63,001 nucleotides of DNA from Octopus sinensis (taxonomy: Eukaryota): NCBI RefSeq assembly GCF_006345805.1, contig NW_021831999.1, forward strand, positions 1 to 63,001, given 5' to 3'. Below, piece by piece: positions 37,945 through 50,928 of this stretch; position 1 is the first letter of the stretch, and the number at the start of each line of letters is the position of its first letter. The translations under genes and the position numbers were made by a program. Below the pieces are notes generated by a model. It made no database searches, was not told where the DNA came from, and worked only from the letters and a program-made list of their open reading frames with translations.

Positions 37945-39820
37945 TTGGTAAAACGGTAAGATAACAAAAGAAAGAAAGAGACCTCAATATTATGTAAATA
38001 GAGGAAATTTATCTATACAATAATATGTTACATTACTCGATAGTCAAGATAAAACTCTGAGTTTCAGATGCCGAAGTGGAAATCCACAACACCATCTCTT
38101 CGGTTATCTGGCTATTTGAAAACGCTCTGAAAAATTACCGTTATATAAAGGGAAATTACTGTGTTATAACTCTGCTTGCCTGCGTACTTATACATCGCTC
38201 GCATTTTTCGTCATAAAAATTATATAAAAATACATTAAAAATATATAAAAATATATAAAATCTTCTTGGGACATAACATAGAAAGCATGTTCTATCTGTT
38301 TTCTTTAGGGGACCAAAAACGTAACAGAAATTTAGTCACGTGTGGGCATGATCCGAAAAGTTCTGTCCTTGTGTTTAGACATGTAGTAGGGTCTAAGCTG
38401 CTTTTCCAGATAAGCCATCTCTCCATGTTGCATAGACCGCACCTTCCGCTGCCGTTGGTATAGGGCTTACATCTGGCCAAAATCTTCCAATGTATGTTAT
38501 AATCGACACCTTTATCTCTTAAAGACCAAATATGATTAGATAATAGTGTCGCTTTTCTTTTGTTCCAGTGCCTAAAGCTCAAAGTGTGGTTATTGAACCT
38601 GGCCTTGAAATTACCCTCTGTAAGGCCCACGTATTTCTTCGTCGAAACGGTGTCTTTAGTGGTTATAGAGTTTACGGTAGCTTCATATATGATGGTCTTG
38701 GACATGCAAGCTCCATTTAGCGGGCACAATTCTTTATTCCTGCATGAACAGCTGTTTTCTTGTGTTTTTTGTATGTTATGTTTGATTATGTTTTTAAAAT
38801 TGGTAGTGGAACTAAAGCTAATTTTTAAATTGTGTCTATTGAAGAGTTTCCTATAATTATGGTTAACTGGAAAATGTCTATCTATCAGTGCTAGGAAATA
38901 TTTACCTATATTGAAGGCCACCTCGGGTGAGTAAGGGGGCGTAAACCAGATGACCTTCCTAATTCTATTATTCCTTTTCTTTACTGTTGGGCTAGTGATG
39001 GGTGTATATTTTATTTTTTCGCTAAAACCACTATCTTTTAAAGCCTTATTATAAACTGGGGCAACGCTATTGAAGATATCCTTATCAGAGGAGAGGCTAG
39101 AAATCCTCTTACTAATATTTTTAACTAAATTTTTGAATACTATAGGGGGATGGCATGAACCTACATTAATATAACTTAGTCTATCATTGGACTTCCTATA
39201 AGGCTTATAAATATTCTTATTAAGATCTAAGGAAACGTCTAAGAAATTGACAACCGTCAGGTTAGTATCTATAGTTATACTAAGTCCGAAGTATTTCATT
39301 AACTGGATAATATCCTTCCTAAAACGATCTTGTGCTGGTCCATTTGTATTAGCTGTTAAGGCGAGGGCATCATCTTTGTAGATGGCGAAATGTACGTTAG
39401 GGAATGTCTTACCTAAGGTATCTAGGAGAAAAAGTCCAATTAGATCACAGATGCCTGCCCCATCATATGAACCCATGCTCACATCGAAAGCGCCCTCTGT
39501 GTCGGTGTTTTTTACCCACTTTGCGTTCTCACTGAAAAGTAATGTCTTTCTAGCATGGAAGATTATGTCCTTATGATTTGTACTAATTTCTATGAAGTCG
39601 CTAGCGATGACGAGGGCTTTATCTAGCAGTTCTTTAGAGATAGAGGCATAAAAATCAACAATATCGAATTGTGTAAACCTCGCTTTTTTCTTATTCTTAA
39701 TAGCTTTAAACTAGTCTACGACTTCTATACTATTGGGCCATTGTACTAGCCTAGTATCGGTCTTAATTTTCGTATTTATTTTATCTAAAATTTCTTGACT
39801 ATCGAGTAATGTAACATATT

Positions 39821-39828
<8 letters not shown>
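37945..39828 (-). mobile_element. 5'-truncated PLE with RT and C-terminal GIY-YIG, near-intact reading frame
   Basis: FTQFDIVDFY, MGSYDGAGICDL, IYKDD, WFTPPYS, CSCRNKELCPLNGAC, IIYEATV..YVGLT, CGLC, CPH; frame 38292 to ~39780 with one TAG at 39711-39713; 36-bp inverted end copy at 39793-39828. Confidence 0.95.
38048..38108 (-). ncRNA. Hammerhead ribozyme-like motif, variant core CCGAAGA
   Basis: GATAA/TTATC stem I; CCGAAGA; long stem II GATG..GTGG attt CCAC..CATC; extra U; GAAA CTC A GAG TT; predicted cut between 38053 and 38052. Confidence 0.55.
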
Positions 39829-39906
<78 letters not shown>

Positions 39907-40001
39907 GAATAGCGATTGCGAAACCGGTCGATACATTAAAAATTATACTATAACCATGTAAGTGTGCATATTTTCCGTTTTTATTTTTCGTATATATATA
40001 T

Positions 40002-40074
<73 letters not shown>

Positions 40075-40080
<6 letters not shown>

Positions 40081-40680
40081 TGTATTCTGTAAATAATAAC
40101 AATAATAACATTTTATAAACTTAAAGCTTATAAGCGATTACCGTGAGTTGAGCAGGGAAAATAGTCTAATATCAGGGGGTATTTTCCTCGACGGAAAAAG
40201 GGAAGGGTTTTCCCTACGCGTGTGATCCGAACTCACACCTTTACAATTTCGCTACAAGTGTGCTACCATTACACCAACGTATCCCTCCCTTCTTTCCGTC
40301 AGATTCAAGAATTATAATATCATAATTTTGTTTTTACAAAGAAACCTACATGTGCGTTCTCTGCGATGATTTCGTAAGCGGTGCCAATTTTACAATTCTG
40401 TAAATAGTGATAATAATATTTTATATCCTTAAAGTTTATAAGCGATCACCGTGAACTGACTAGGAGAAATGATTCAATACTGGGGCATATAAAAACTCGA
40501 CGGAAAAAGAAGGATTTTCTGTACTCGTGGAATGGAAAACCCTATTTTTCCGTCGAGGGCTTATTTGCCCAAATACTGTTTTCAATAGTCAATTATATAT
40601 AGAGATCGATTATAAGCTTGAAGCTTATAAGAATATTATTATTTTCATTACTTACAGAATTACAAAATCGACACTGCTTA
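40075..40680. mobile_element. Local cluster of three copies of SINE family E
   Basis: Minus copy 40075-40285 with tRNA-like head (ttggtgtaatggtagcac..gagttcggatc) and (TACA)n tail; headless minus copy 40381-40512 and plus copy 40540-40676 share ctcgacggaaaaa and aagcttataa.cgat. Confidence 0.65.
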
Positions 40681-40701
40681 CCAAATCATTGTATACATGC
40701 A

Positions 40702-40741
<40 letters not shown>

Positions 40742-41597
40742 GTGAATGGAAGAAATGGAGTTGAACGAAGATTGTACAGAATTCCTTTTATTACATTCTA
40801 CACATGTTTCAAAGGCCACAATTTTCCAAATTCTTATTAAATAAGGATACCATATTGCAGCTTTCTCTTCAGGAAAAACCAGGAATTACGTTGTCAGAAC
40901 AAAACAAAACAAAAGCGCAGCAAAGCAATTCGAACGAGTACGCTCCTTAAGAGCCCATGGGTAAAATGTTTATCAATGTACGTTGAAATCGGGGGGTTGG
41001 TGGGGGCCGACAAAAGGTCCGTTGGAATAAATCCAGGTCAGGCCGCGGTCAAATCTAGTAGGTGAGGAATTAATGAGAACGAGGGGTGTGGAGATGTTCT
41101 GTGTGACCAAAGTTAATGTTCTGAATATTTTAAGAATTCAGGGTGTATTTTTTAGGTGCGAGACGATACCTACCTAAAAGCATGTGTGTGTATACTAGCC
41201 TATGTGTGCGCCGCCTTGTACAATAATGTTAATTATGCATTGATACAATGCGTTTTGAATTCTGCTTTACGAAAGATTTGAGAATGTTTCTATATTTCAT
41301 ATACATATTATGCGTTTGACACATATTACTCAGCCGTAAACTAATGTTGACCTGAGTATTACATACCAAACGTATCCGACTTAACAGCTGTTAAAAGTTC
41401 TCAGAAAGTATATTCTACGCATCAGATATGTACCAAGTAAAGAATAGATAAAAATAATCAAAAACTTTATAAAGCACCTCACAAAACGCATTAAACTAAC
41501 ACTATTAAGTAACACTATTAATATACTACAAAAACAGAAACATTGAAAAAGAGATTATTTAGATGACAACGCACACACACACATGCATATACATATA

Positions 41598-42460
41598 CAG
41601 GGTACGATGGGTAAATTGTCGCCATTTTATATTTTTAATTTCGCGTATGTGCATTATTTGTTTTGTATTTTGTCGACTACACAGTATAGTAGGATCAGAT
41701 AGGAACCGACTGTGACAAAAACAGCAGCATGGTGCAAGTCACTCTGCCAGAAATTTGGAAACGATACGCTGTACTGCTTGGTATTCACGCAGGAAGCTCC
41801 AACACCAGCATTCCAGTGTTTGTATGTCAATACGATGACAGTGCGTGTACTGAGAGTGATAAAAATCAAACATCCAGTCAACACCATGGTGTTTGAAGTG
41901 ATCAGTAGTGATGGCGACGTTATGCCACCATTCATCTCCCCCACACGATCTCAGACTCAACTCGGAGGCCTACATCAAGTTGAGCCTACATCAGGTAGTG
42001 CTGCCTTGAGTCAAGAGGGTGGCTGCTGCAAGACTCTATGTTTGGCGACAGGACTCTGCACCATACAACACAAGCGGGAGAACCCAGTCATGGCTGTCAG
42101 ACAATTTCTATGACCACGTCACCCCTAACATCCGTCCACCTAACTCCCCAGACTGCAACCCCCTTGATTACTAAATGTGGAATGCAGTTGAGCAAGAGAC
42201 CAACAAAACTGAAGTGAAGGCAAAAATTATGGCAGCATTCACCAACTTAAACAAGGAGACTTTCTAGAAGAGTTGCCGGAGATTCCGAAATCATCTGGAG
42301 GCCGTGGTTGAAGCCAATGGTGATTTTATTGAATAAATTTACTCTTTAGTATTACAAGATATTTTTTATGTAATTATGGTAAATATATCTGTTAAAATGC
42401 GGTGTCAATGTTATTTTCATTTTTGCGTAATTTAGACGACAGTTTATTCACCGCACCTTG
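41598..42460 (+). mobile_element. Internally deleted Tc1/mariner-superfamily element, maT/DD37D-like
   Basis: Diverged TIRs cagggtacgatgggtaaattgtcg / cgacagtttattcaccgcaccttg with TA flanks; KHPVNTMVFEVISSDGDVMPPFI and PPNSPDCNPLDY remnants. Confidence 0.85.
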
Positions 42461-42539
42461 TATGTATACACAATTATATATATGCATATATTTGCGTATT
42501 TATATATCTATATCTATATATATATATCTCTCTCTATAT

Positions 42540-42690
42540 ATATATATAGTTAATCCAAACAAGAAAACACAGAAAAAAACACAGCAACGCGAGGACGTGG
42601 TACAATTAAAGTATTATTTGACGCTCAGGAAAGAAGGGAAGGAGGGTTTAACGTTTCGAGCGGAGCTCTTCATCGGAAACAAATAAAAGA
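42540..42690 (-). mobile_element. Solo pLTR with hammerhead-like motif (42646-42680), core CCGAUGA
   Basis: GTTT/AAAC stem I; CCGATGA-A; GAGC tcc GCTC; GAAA CG TT; flanked by TA-rich microsatellites. Confidence 0.65.
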
Positions 42691-42724
42691 GTAAAAAATA
42701 TACGTGTATATACACCTATATATG

Positions 42725-42775
<51 letters not shown>

Positions 42776-42804
42776 ATAGGTGTATATACACGTATATTTT
42801 TTAC

Positions 42805-43000
42805 TCTTTTATTTGTTTCAGTCATTTGGCTGCGGACATGCTGGAGCATCACTTTTAGTTGAACAAATCAACCCCAAGACTTATCATTTGTAAGCTTAGT
42901 ACTTATCTTATCAGTCTCTTTTGCAGAACCGCTAATTTACGGGGACGTAAACAAGCCAGCATTGGTTGTCAAGTGACGGTGGGGGGACAATCACACAAAC
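42805..43000 (-). mobile_element. SINE family B tail half next to a long (CA)n tract
   Basis: Matches 197-395. Confidence 0.8.
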
Positions 43001-43032
43001 ATACATACATATATACGTATACATACATACAC

Positions 43033-43137
<105 letters not shown>

Positions 43138-43419
43138 AAAGAATTGTCAATGACATTTCTACGCTGTCAATCATTTATGTTGGCAGCTACTCTCTGAAGG
43201 GTTATTACTGTAGTACAAATTGGGATTTCTAACCATAGGTGAAAGGCCACACATTCTGTGGGAGCAAAAGTCATTTAGAATGACACAATTTCCACTATTA
43301 CCTAACTGAAATTTATGTACAAGTTAACTCTTAATCCGGAAGGATTAACAGTTAATTTGGTCTGAGCAAGATTTGAATTCAGAACGCAAAGGAGGAGCAC
43401 ATGTTTCCATTGCATTACC

Positions 43420-44340
43420 AATTCTGCTATTGTTAGGAATTTTCCAAAGAATTCTAGGTATTACTCGATTATCAGCTCGTACACGGTTAGGATTAATTTT
43501 TCTAACACAAAATACCTTTCACAAATTATCTCTTCACATAATATTAGTCTGTTGAATAAGAATCCAATTACTGAAAAGCAGAACATTAATGTAGCTAATA
43601 CTAACCATTCTCCTAGAAATATTAACAACAAGGTTATTATCTCTGAAGTCAATTCCAACAGAATTAAGTTTATGTCTAGTAAATTCTAAGACTAAAAATT
43701 CTATATACCAGTGTAAAATTACTTCCGGTACCGATGTCGTTTTTATATAGGTAGCTCTTCTCAGTTATCTAAACGAATTTCTAATCATTACTCTATATTT
43801 AGGGATAGTAATAAATGCAACAGTACAAGGCTTAGTAAATTAATTTGGTATCTAAAAGACCATCATAAACAACTTAATTTAGATTGGTTCTCTCCATTTC
43901 ATTCCCATATGATAAAGGTAAAGAATTCTGTCAACTCTTTAATACTGAACTACTTTCTATTCTATTTTCTAAGAATCCTCTTGTAAACACGTTTATAGAG
44001 CGTGCTTATCGATGTAAACATTGGCAGAAACATACCTTTAGTTCATATAAGTGATATCTACCATTATATATAATTTGAACATTGATTTTCTTCTAACATT
44101 TGCTTCCACTAGATATACCTATTTCCAAGCCTTTAAGCTTTTATTTTAATTCACATATCGCTCTATATTTCTCCTTTATTAGTTTTCTGCTTATTTCTTT
44201 CCTTTACCCCTTCTCTTTCTATAGGCTACCTTTGACGTTATATCTTCTGACGGTATTTGAAAAAAAAAACTTAATAACGTTCGGTTCATCATTATACACA
44301 TCCATCACATTCTGCTAAAATGTCTTATTGATGAGTTTGG
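43420..44340 (+). mobile_element. Decayed PLE 3' fragment not shown in the ORF track (linker, GIY-YIG, 3' UTR)
   Basis: NFPKNSRYYSII..INFSNT..IISSHN, IYQCKIT and FYIGSS..KRISNH..TRLSKLIWYLK, FCQL, RCKH; stops and frameshifts. Confidence 0.8.
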
Positions 44341-44342
44341 TT

Positions 44343-44382
<40 letters not shown>

Positions 44383-44704
44383 ACGTCCCCGTAACTTAGC
44401 GGTTCTGCAAAAGAGATTACATTGTTTTACACCATTTTATTCCTTCTGGTAAAATACCAATGCTGTCTTCGAAACATATGTCGGAAGTAAAAGAATTTGA
44501 ATAACACTTGCGTTTAATTCCATTTCCTTATTTGTTTATATATATTATACAAAACATTTCATATCAACCCAAAGTTTCTACCTTTACAAACAGAATGTTA
44601 CTTCCTTATTACTTGTGTGATCTTTTGCTGCTCTGGTAACTGTTTATTTTTTCCGTGTTAATTGTAAACAAGGGAAAAATACACATCCATATATAATTAT
44701 TTCA

Positions 44705-44851
44705 CTTTCCGTCTACCAAATCTACTATCAAGGCTTTGGTCGGCTCAAGGCTACAGTAGAAGACACTTGCCCAAGGTGTCACGCAGTGGAACTGAATCCG
44801 GAACCATGTGGTTGGTAAACAAGCTACTTACCACACAGCCACTTCGGTGCC
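44705..44851 (-). mobile_element. SINE family B head half (another decayed one at ~47328-47480)
   Basis: Matches 26140-26299. Confidence 0.8.
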
Positions 44852-44941
44852 TATGCATATATATGTGTGTGTATGTACGCGCGCGTATATATTTGTGTAT
44901 GTCTGTCTGTCTCTCTGCATATATGTATATATATGTGTGTG

Positions 44942-44974
<33 letters not shown>

Positions 44975-46052
44975 ATCGACGCTTTTGTTGTCGGGAAGTA
45001 CCGAGAGTGTCTTGAAAAACTATATAAAAGCATGAAATGTCAACCCTGTTTGATTAATGGGCCGACATTAATCAACTAACAAAGCTACACACCTCTTAGT
45101 TCCTACCTTAGAAGCCACTATTCAGCTATGTAAGTTGGCAATAGATCCAGCAATGGAAGGAAATATTGTAAAATAAATTCTTCAACGTGTGATGTTTAGC
45201 ACCTAATGACTCTGAATTTTAAATCTCACTGGGAACCACTTACAATTTTATCTATGATTCTTTAATACTGCACGTTTCGGTAATATAGCATTAGACTTAC
45301 GCGTCAATCAACCGTGTTCAACTGTGTTTATGAGGAAAGGGTGTTGCTCTGTTCAAAAATAAAAAAAAACAAAAAACAAACAAGCCAACAATAACATCAA
45401 CAACAACAAATTCAAAAGAATTATTTGATATAGCAATAAAAGACGTCCACAAGTAAACTCAAATATTAATGGATAATACACGTGCATGACTATGTGGGCG
45501 TGCTTTAACGGCAACACATGTAATATATTATTGCAAGAATATAAATATAAATATAAAATAATCGATAGATTTGTTTACTTGCATATTCCGACACATTTAT
45601 GCAGATTATATTATATTATACAACGGGAAAGTTAACCAGAACTCTTTATGAGGTACGAAAATTGGGTTGGCTTAATATGCTAATGTGACGCACGGGTTTG
45701 AATCACATGTGCTTCTTAAGTGATTCCACTATTTATTTAATATCACGCTATGTGAAAATTAGCTTCGTTGGTTACAGGTGTTTTACCACAGGCCAATTTG
45801 TAGACCACTGCATGTCTGAAAATTATAGTCTCAGTAATGTCTGGCAGCGAGATGGTGTGAATTGTTGGATGCTCTCCGCACCGAGCTCATAGAATAACGA
45901 GTAAGTCAGTACAGAGTGTAACAAATGAATGGAAAAAAAAGATCAGGATTTACGAAATTACTTTCAAAAGCCTGTAGCTGTTTCTGATATAAATTATTGC
46001 ACTGGCATTCAACTTTAGGTGCACAATTTTTTACAGCACATATACCTTTAAA

Positions 46053-46283
46053 GGCAGCGAGCTGGCAGAAACGTTAGCACCCCGGGCGAAATGCTTAGCG
46101 GTATTCCGTCTGCTGCATCGTTCTGAGTTCAAATTCTGCCGAGGTCGACTTAGCCTTTCATCCTTTCGAGATCGATTAAATAAGTACCAGTTACGCACTG
46201 GGGTCGATATAATCAACTTAATCCGTTTGTCTGTCCTTGTTTGTCCCTTCTGTGTGTAGCCCCTTGTGGGCAGTAAAGAAATA
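46053..46283 (+). mobile_element. Full-length SINE family A
   Basis: ggcagcgagctggcagaaacgttagc..gagttcaaattc..cccttgtgggcagtaaagaaata. Confidence 0.9.
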
Positions 46284-46689
46284 AGAAATACATTTGAGCT
46301 AATGAAAGTGATTATGTAACTCTTGTTCTTTTACCTTTCATTTATATATATATATTCCTGATAAACTTTTGCTTATTTTGTTGCTATCCATACCCTACGA
46401 GCATAGTGTGCCTACCCATGCCCAGGGATAGCACAGGTAACTGATACCGATAGTAAGTACGGATATTTTTATCCCTTAGTCGGTTAGTATAAACGCTAAC
46501 TCAGCTTACCTTATGTATATATAATGATTATTCATTTTTATACTTTTTGTGATCTAGTAATATGTTTTGTAAAAATATATTTTATTTTTTATTTAGGATT
46601 TAGTTAATATCTATAATTATTTTAATTGCATAATAGTGTTTTTTTCTCTAATTTATATATATATATATATATAGGCATATATACGAATG

Positions 46690-47220
46690 TAAATGTAGGC
46701 AAAGCAAGTTAGACAGATGCTATATATAGTATATTAAATACATGAAATACAAAAAAATGTATATATGTATACATATAAAAATGCCCGACTTACATAGAAT
46801 AGACGTGATATAGAGAATTAAAGAGGATGAGGAGCGATATTACAAATCCAACGGCTGTTTCTGGGGCCTCGGTGGTCTATAATAATGCTTGTAGATTGAT
46901 TCCATCATAGGATGGGACGAGCCTCTGTCTTCAGGGAGAGATCTTACATTAAAGGAAATAAGTTCAAAAATGGAATTTTGCCCCCAGAAACAGCTGTTGG
47001 ATTTGTAATACTGTTCCTCATCCATTTTAATTCTCTGTATCATTTCTATTCTGTGTAATTCGGACCTTTTTATTATTTGTATTTCATATATTTAATATAC
47101 TATATATATATTGATCTGTTTAACTTGCTTTCCCGACATTTATTTGTCCGCTCAAGTTTAAATCTCTTGAGTACTACTAAGTAAATTCTCGGATAACATT
47201 TGAATCGGAAAACATATGAA
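46690..47220 (+). mobile_element. Foldback structure, probably a PLE 3' end with an inverted copy of itself
   Basis: Arms 46690-46867 and 46980-47142 are diverged reverse complements; the spacer translates to remnants (SLCLQ, FCPQKQLL) resembling a PLE C-terminus. Confidence 0.55.
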
Positions 47221-50200
47221 CGTATATATGCATATATAATATGTATATGTACATTTATCTATTCCTCCTTCCCTCCCCCACTCTCAATATATATATAGTT
47301 AGATAGATAAATAAAATATATAAATGTGACGGTTTCTACAGTTTTCGTTTACCAACACTGCATAGAAGTACATTTTAAGCATACGCAAGGTGCCACAAAG
47401 AGGAATCGTACCCAGAGCCATATGGTCCGGATGTGAACTAGCTAAACACAGAGCCATGTCTGCGAAGACGCTGAAACCCAATATGAAAAGGTTTATGTTT
47501 GTTTGATAGGTAGGAACGTTCGCTATGTCTCTTTGTGTCTAGCATTTAGAAGAAATTACTAATATTGTTGTGATCGAAAGAAAACTGTCTCCAGAGACTG
47601 CAGCACATTTTTAGGTGCCTTTCATGCAGTAGACTGTAGAACGTCATTTAGAGTGCTTCTACATATCAAAACTGAAATCCGATGTATAATATACTTAGTA
47701 TTAAAGAAAATTGTATATCGAGTAGAAGAAGAAAAGTCCATTATATATGAGTCCATTATTTACGGGCAATGGAGTAGCAGCGGAGGATATTTTTGTGTGT
47801 GCCGACAGTGCTTAATTGAATATATAGAATTTTTGCTATTATTCACGGAAAGCAGATAGAATAATATAGTATTGTAAAAGGATGCTCCTTAGTCTCTGAT
47901 ACGAAGTAGACAAATAGAGTCAGTATAGTGATGCTAAAAAGTTATTTGTTTTTGAGAGTCTAACACAGGAGAGAGTATGCATAAGCATTATGGAACAATG
48001 TTGTTTTATTAGGGATAATATAAAAGGTGTAACGAAATGGGATTTTGTGGGACATTCTCTTGAATTTGTAGTCGGCCCTCCGTCGGTCACAAGGACGAAT
48101 ATTCAGACGTTCGACCAACACATGAAAAGGAAATGTAAACAACTGAGTATTTCGTGGATGCATGTATTCTTAAAGCAACTATCAGGTCACATCAACGTGA
48201 CACAATGTGTTAAGCCTGGATCTTTGACTTGCAAGTGTAGTGTAGAGATCTTGCTAGCTACATAGCATTTTATGTATCTGACATAGTGGTTAGTATAAAG
48301 GGATGACGATGTGCCGGCAGCGGAAGGTCTGCTGCTCGCCACCGCCGGTAGTATGACGGAAGCGGCGAAATTTGGAGATGTTGCCGGATCGTGGCGGCGA
48401 TCGATGAAGCTAACTTTTGTACGCACTCCTCTTCGTAGTTATCGAAGACAACTTAGGATGCGACGGTCACTATGAGTGTAGTTGTTTCTCCGCCGCCGAT
48501 ACGCAATCATCCAGACGGAGGCGGACGCGAGCGCAGCCACGAGCTAGGAGGCGTCTAGGAGTAGAAGCAAAACAAAGATGCCGAGCACGTCTACGTGGCC
48601 AAGGTTGAGGACGACGGCGAACACGACAACGAGCGCGACAACAAGCACGACCATGAGCGCTGCCGTCACTTCGACTATGAGCATGAGCACGTCCACGAGC
48701 ACCTCGACGAGCACGGCCACGTGCACACGTTTGCAAGCTAGACGATAAATAGATGGGAAAGAAATGTAAAATTGGTCCCACAGAGCTAGAACAAATAAGC
48801 AAACATTTCATCCGATGCCCCTAACCATTGTGCTACTACACCATCTCCTTTGGCTATGCTGTAGATTGTGAATAGCTATTTGATCTGGAGAACGTTGGTA
48901 AACGAGTTATTTGACAAGATTACGTTCATGCATCTGATATGTAACTATGAAATACTCAATCCACAGGTTGTTCAAGATCACAGGCATAACCACACGTTTT
49001 GACGCATAAATGAAACTAGACACTCTTTTTCTCTTTTAGAAAACATGTATGACTTAGAAACAATAATATATAATTGATAGGCGCACAACATTGAGATAAG
49101 ATAAAGTGACAAGTAGAGAAAAAAACAGTAAAAGAGGGTGAGAGTGAAACAGTTTGAGAGAAATTTAGATGAAGAGATGAGAAAGAGATACAGAGAAAGA
49201 GACGGAGATAAATAGATAGGTAGAGATAGATAGATAAATAGAGAGAGAGAGAGAGAAAGAGAGAAAGAAAAGTAGAGATATTAAATTAGAGAGATGAGAA
49301 AAGAAATGAGAAACAGGAAAAATTGTGAAAAACAGTGAGAGAATAAAAGATGGCATGTGAGAGATAGCATAACCGAACAAGAATGTGAACAGGAGGTGCA
49401 AAAGGGAGAAAAAAAGCAATATATAAAATTCGGGTTGATTGTGATAGTGACAAGGGTTATATTTCATAGCAAACAGATGTATCAAAGGGTAAAAAGATAC
49501 AGTTAGCAGAGTGGTTCAGGATACGATGCAAATATTCTTTGACTATATTTTGTGTTATTATTATTATTAATTATTATTATTATTATTTTTTTTTTTTGCT
49601 TTCGACTGATGTGCATTAATAAACAGTGCCAAGTAAAGGTATAGGAACAAGGTGCCATAAATACAAAGGGGACGACAGGGTTCTCACTTTAGAACGACAG
49701 GGTGCCAACTTCACAGTGACAATAGGTTTGTGTCTGTTTTTTAACTCTTGTACTTACAGCAAGACTTGGCCGCGCCCGCCACTTAATAATAGAGTGGGAT
49801 CATTCTCTCGTCGAGACCTAGGTAAAATATAACCCACATATTAATGTGATTTTTCTTGTAGAATAATATCGAAGTAGTACCTACATATATCATTTCATTT
49901 ATTATTATTATTAACATTATTATTATTATTAGTTTTTTTTTTTGAAAAAAATAAGATTAGCTTCATTATTTTTCAGAAACGCTCACGCCATCTTTTTTCG
50001 CTGCTTATTAAAAGAGCGTATATTTAAATTTTTTTTCCAATTAAACAAATGTTATTCATCTCAAAAGAACGTTCATATATGTCATAACCACAATTCCAAT
50101 ATGTATGCATTAATGTATATATATTATCAAGATATATACATACACTTGTAGAATTATGTTGTGCACACTCACGAACAAACACACACAAACATACGCACAC

Positions 50201-50869
50201 ACACACATACAGGTACACACACCTATACACATGCGTGTACATATAATGGAAAATATCGAAGAATGGAGTTAGTAAATTGAGTTCATTGCATTGTATACAA
50301 TTGTTTCGTCGTTGTCTATTATAACCAATATTGCGTCATAGCGTTAGCATGTCGACTCGTCAAATGTTGAGGTAATTGCAGACCAGCATGAGATTAAGTG
50401 TTTTGGTCCAGAACACAATGCACCACCCGGCTCGGGATTCACGCCCTCACTACACTCACCCTCCCTTTCACTTTCTCTTACACACACACACACATACATA
50501 AGCACACACACATACATACACACGCACAAACCCACACAGACGGCTGTGTGCGTGCATATGTGTTTATTAGTGCATATACATTTTGTATTTGTATCCATAT
50601 GGACAAGTTTAATAGCAACGTGCTGTGCAAGAAGAAAGAAAAGCAAAGCGAAAAATCTAACAAACAAAATATACGAAGATATATAATTTGGGACAATGTT
50701 AACGATAATCTAATGACTATTTAACTAAAAGAAAACATACATAACCGCATATCATGTGTTGGAATGATGACTGCATTCATGGTAAATTTTTGTCTAACAC
50801 CAATACTGTTCTTTATTATTCGAACAATGTATTGGAAATTATCTGTTTTATTGCTTTTGTGTGTCTCAG

Positions 50870-50883
50870 AGAGAGAGAGAGAG

Positions 50884-50928
<45 letters not shown>

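Noticed and set aside
39711-39713. In-frame stop in the PLE ORF as possible selenocysteine recoding
   Set aside because: The codon is TAG at an expected Trp, not TGA; an ordinary nonsense mutation.
39905-39933. GAAACCGGTC with palindromic stem III
   Set aside because: The 5' core is eroded into the TA tract; counted only as a remnant, not a ribozyme.
40212-40285. tRNA gene
   Set aside because: A- and B-box-like motifs only; no full cloverleaf, and it runs into a SINE body.
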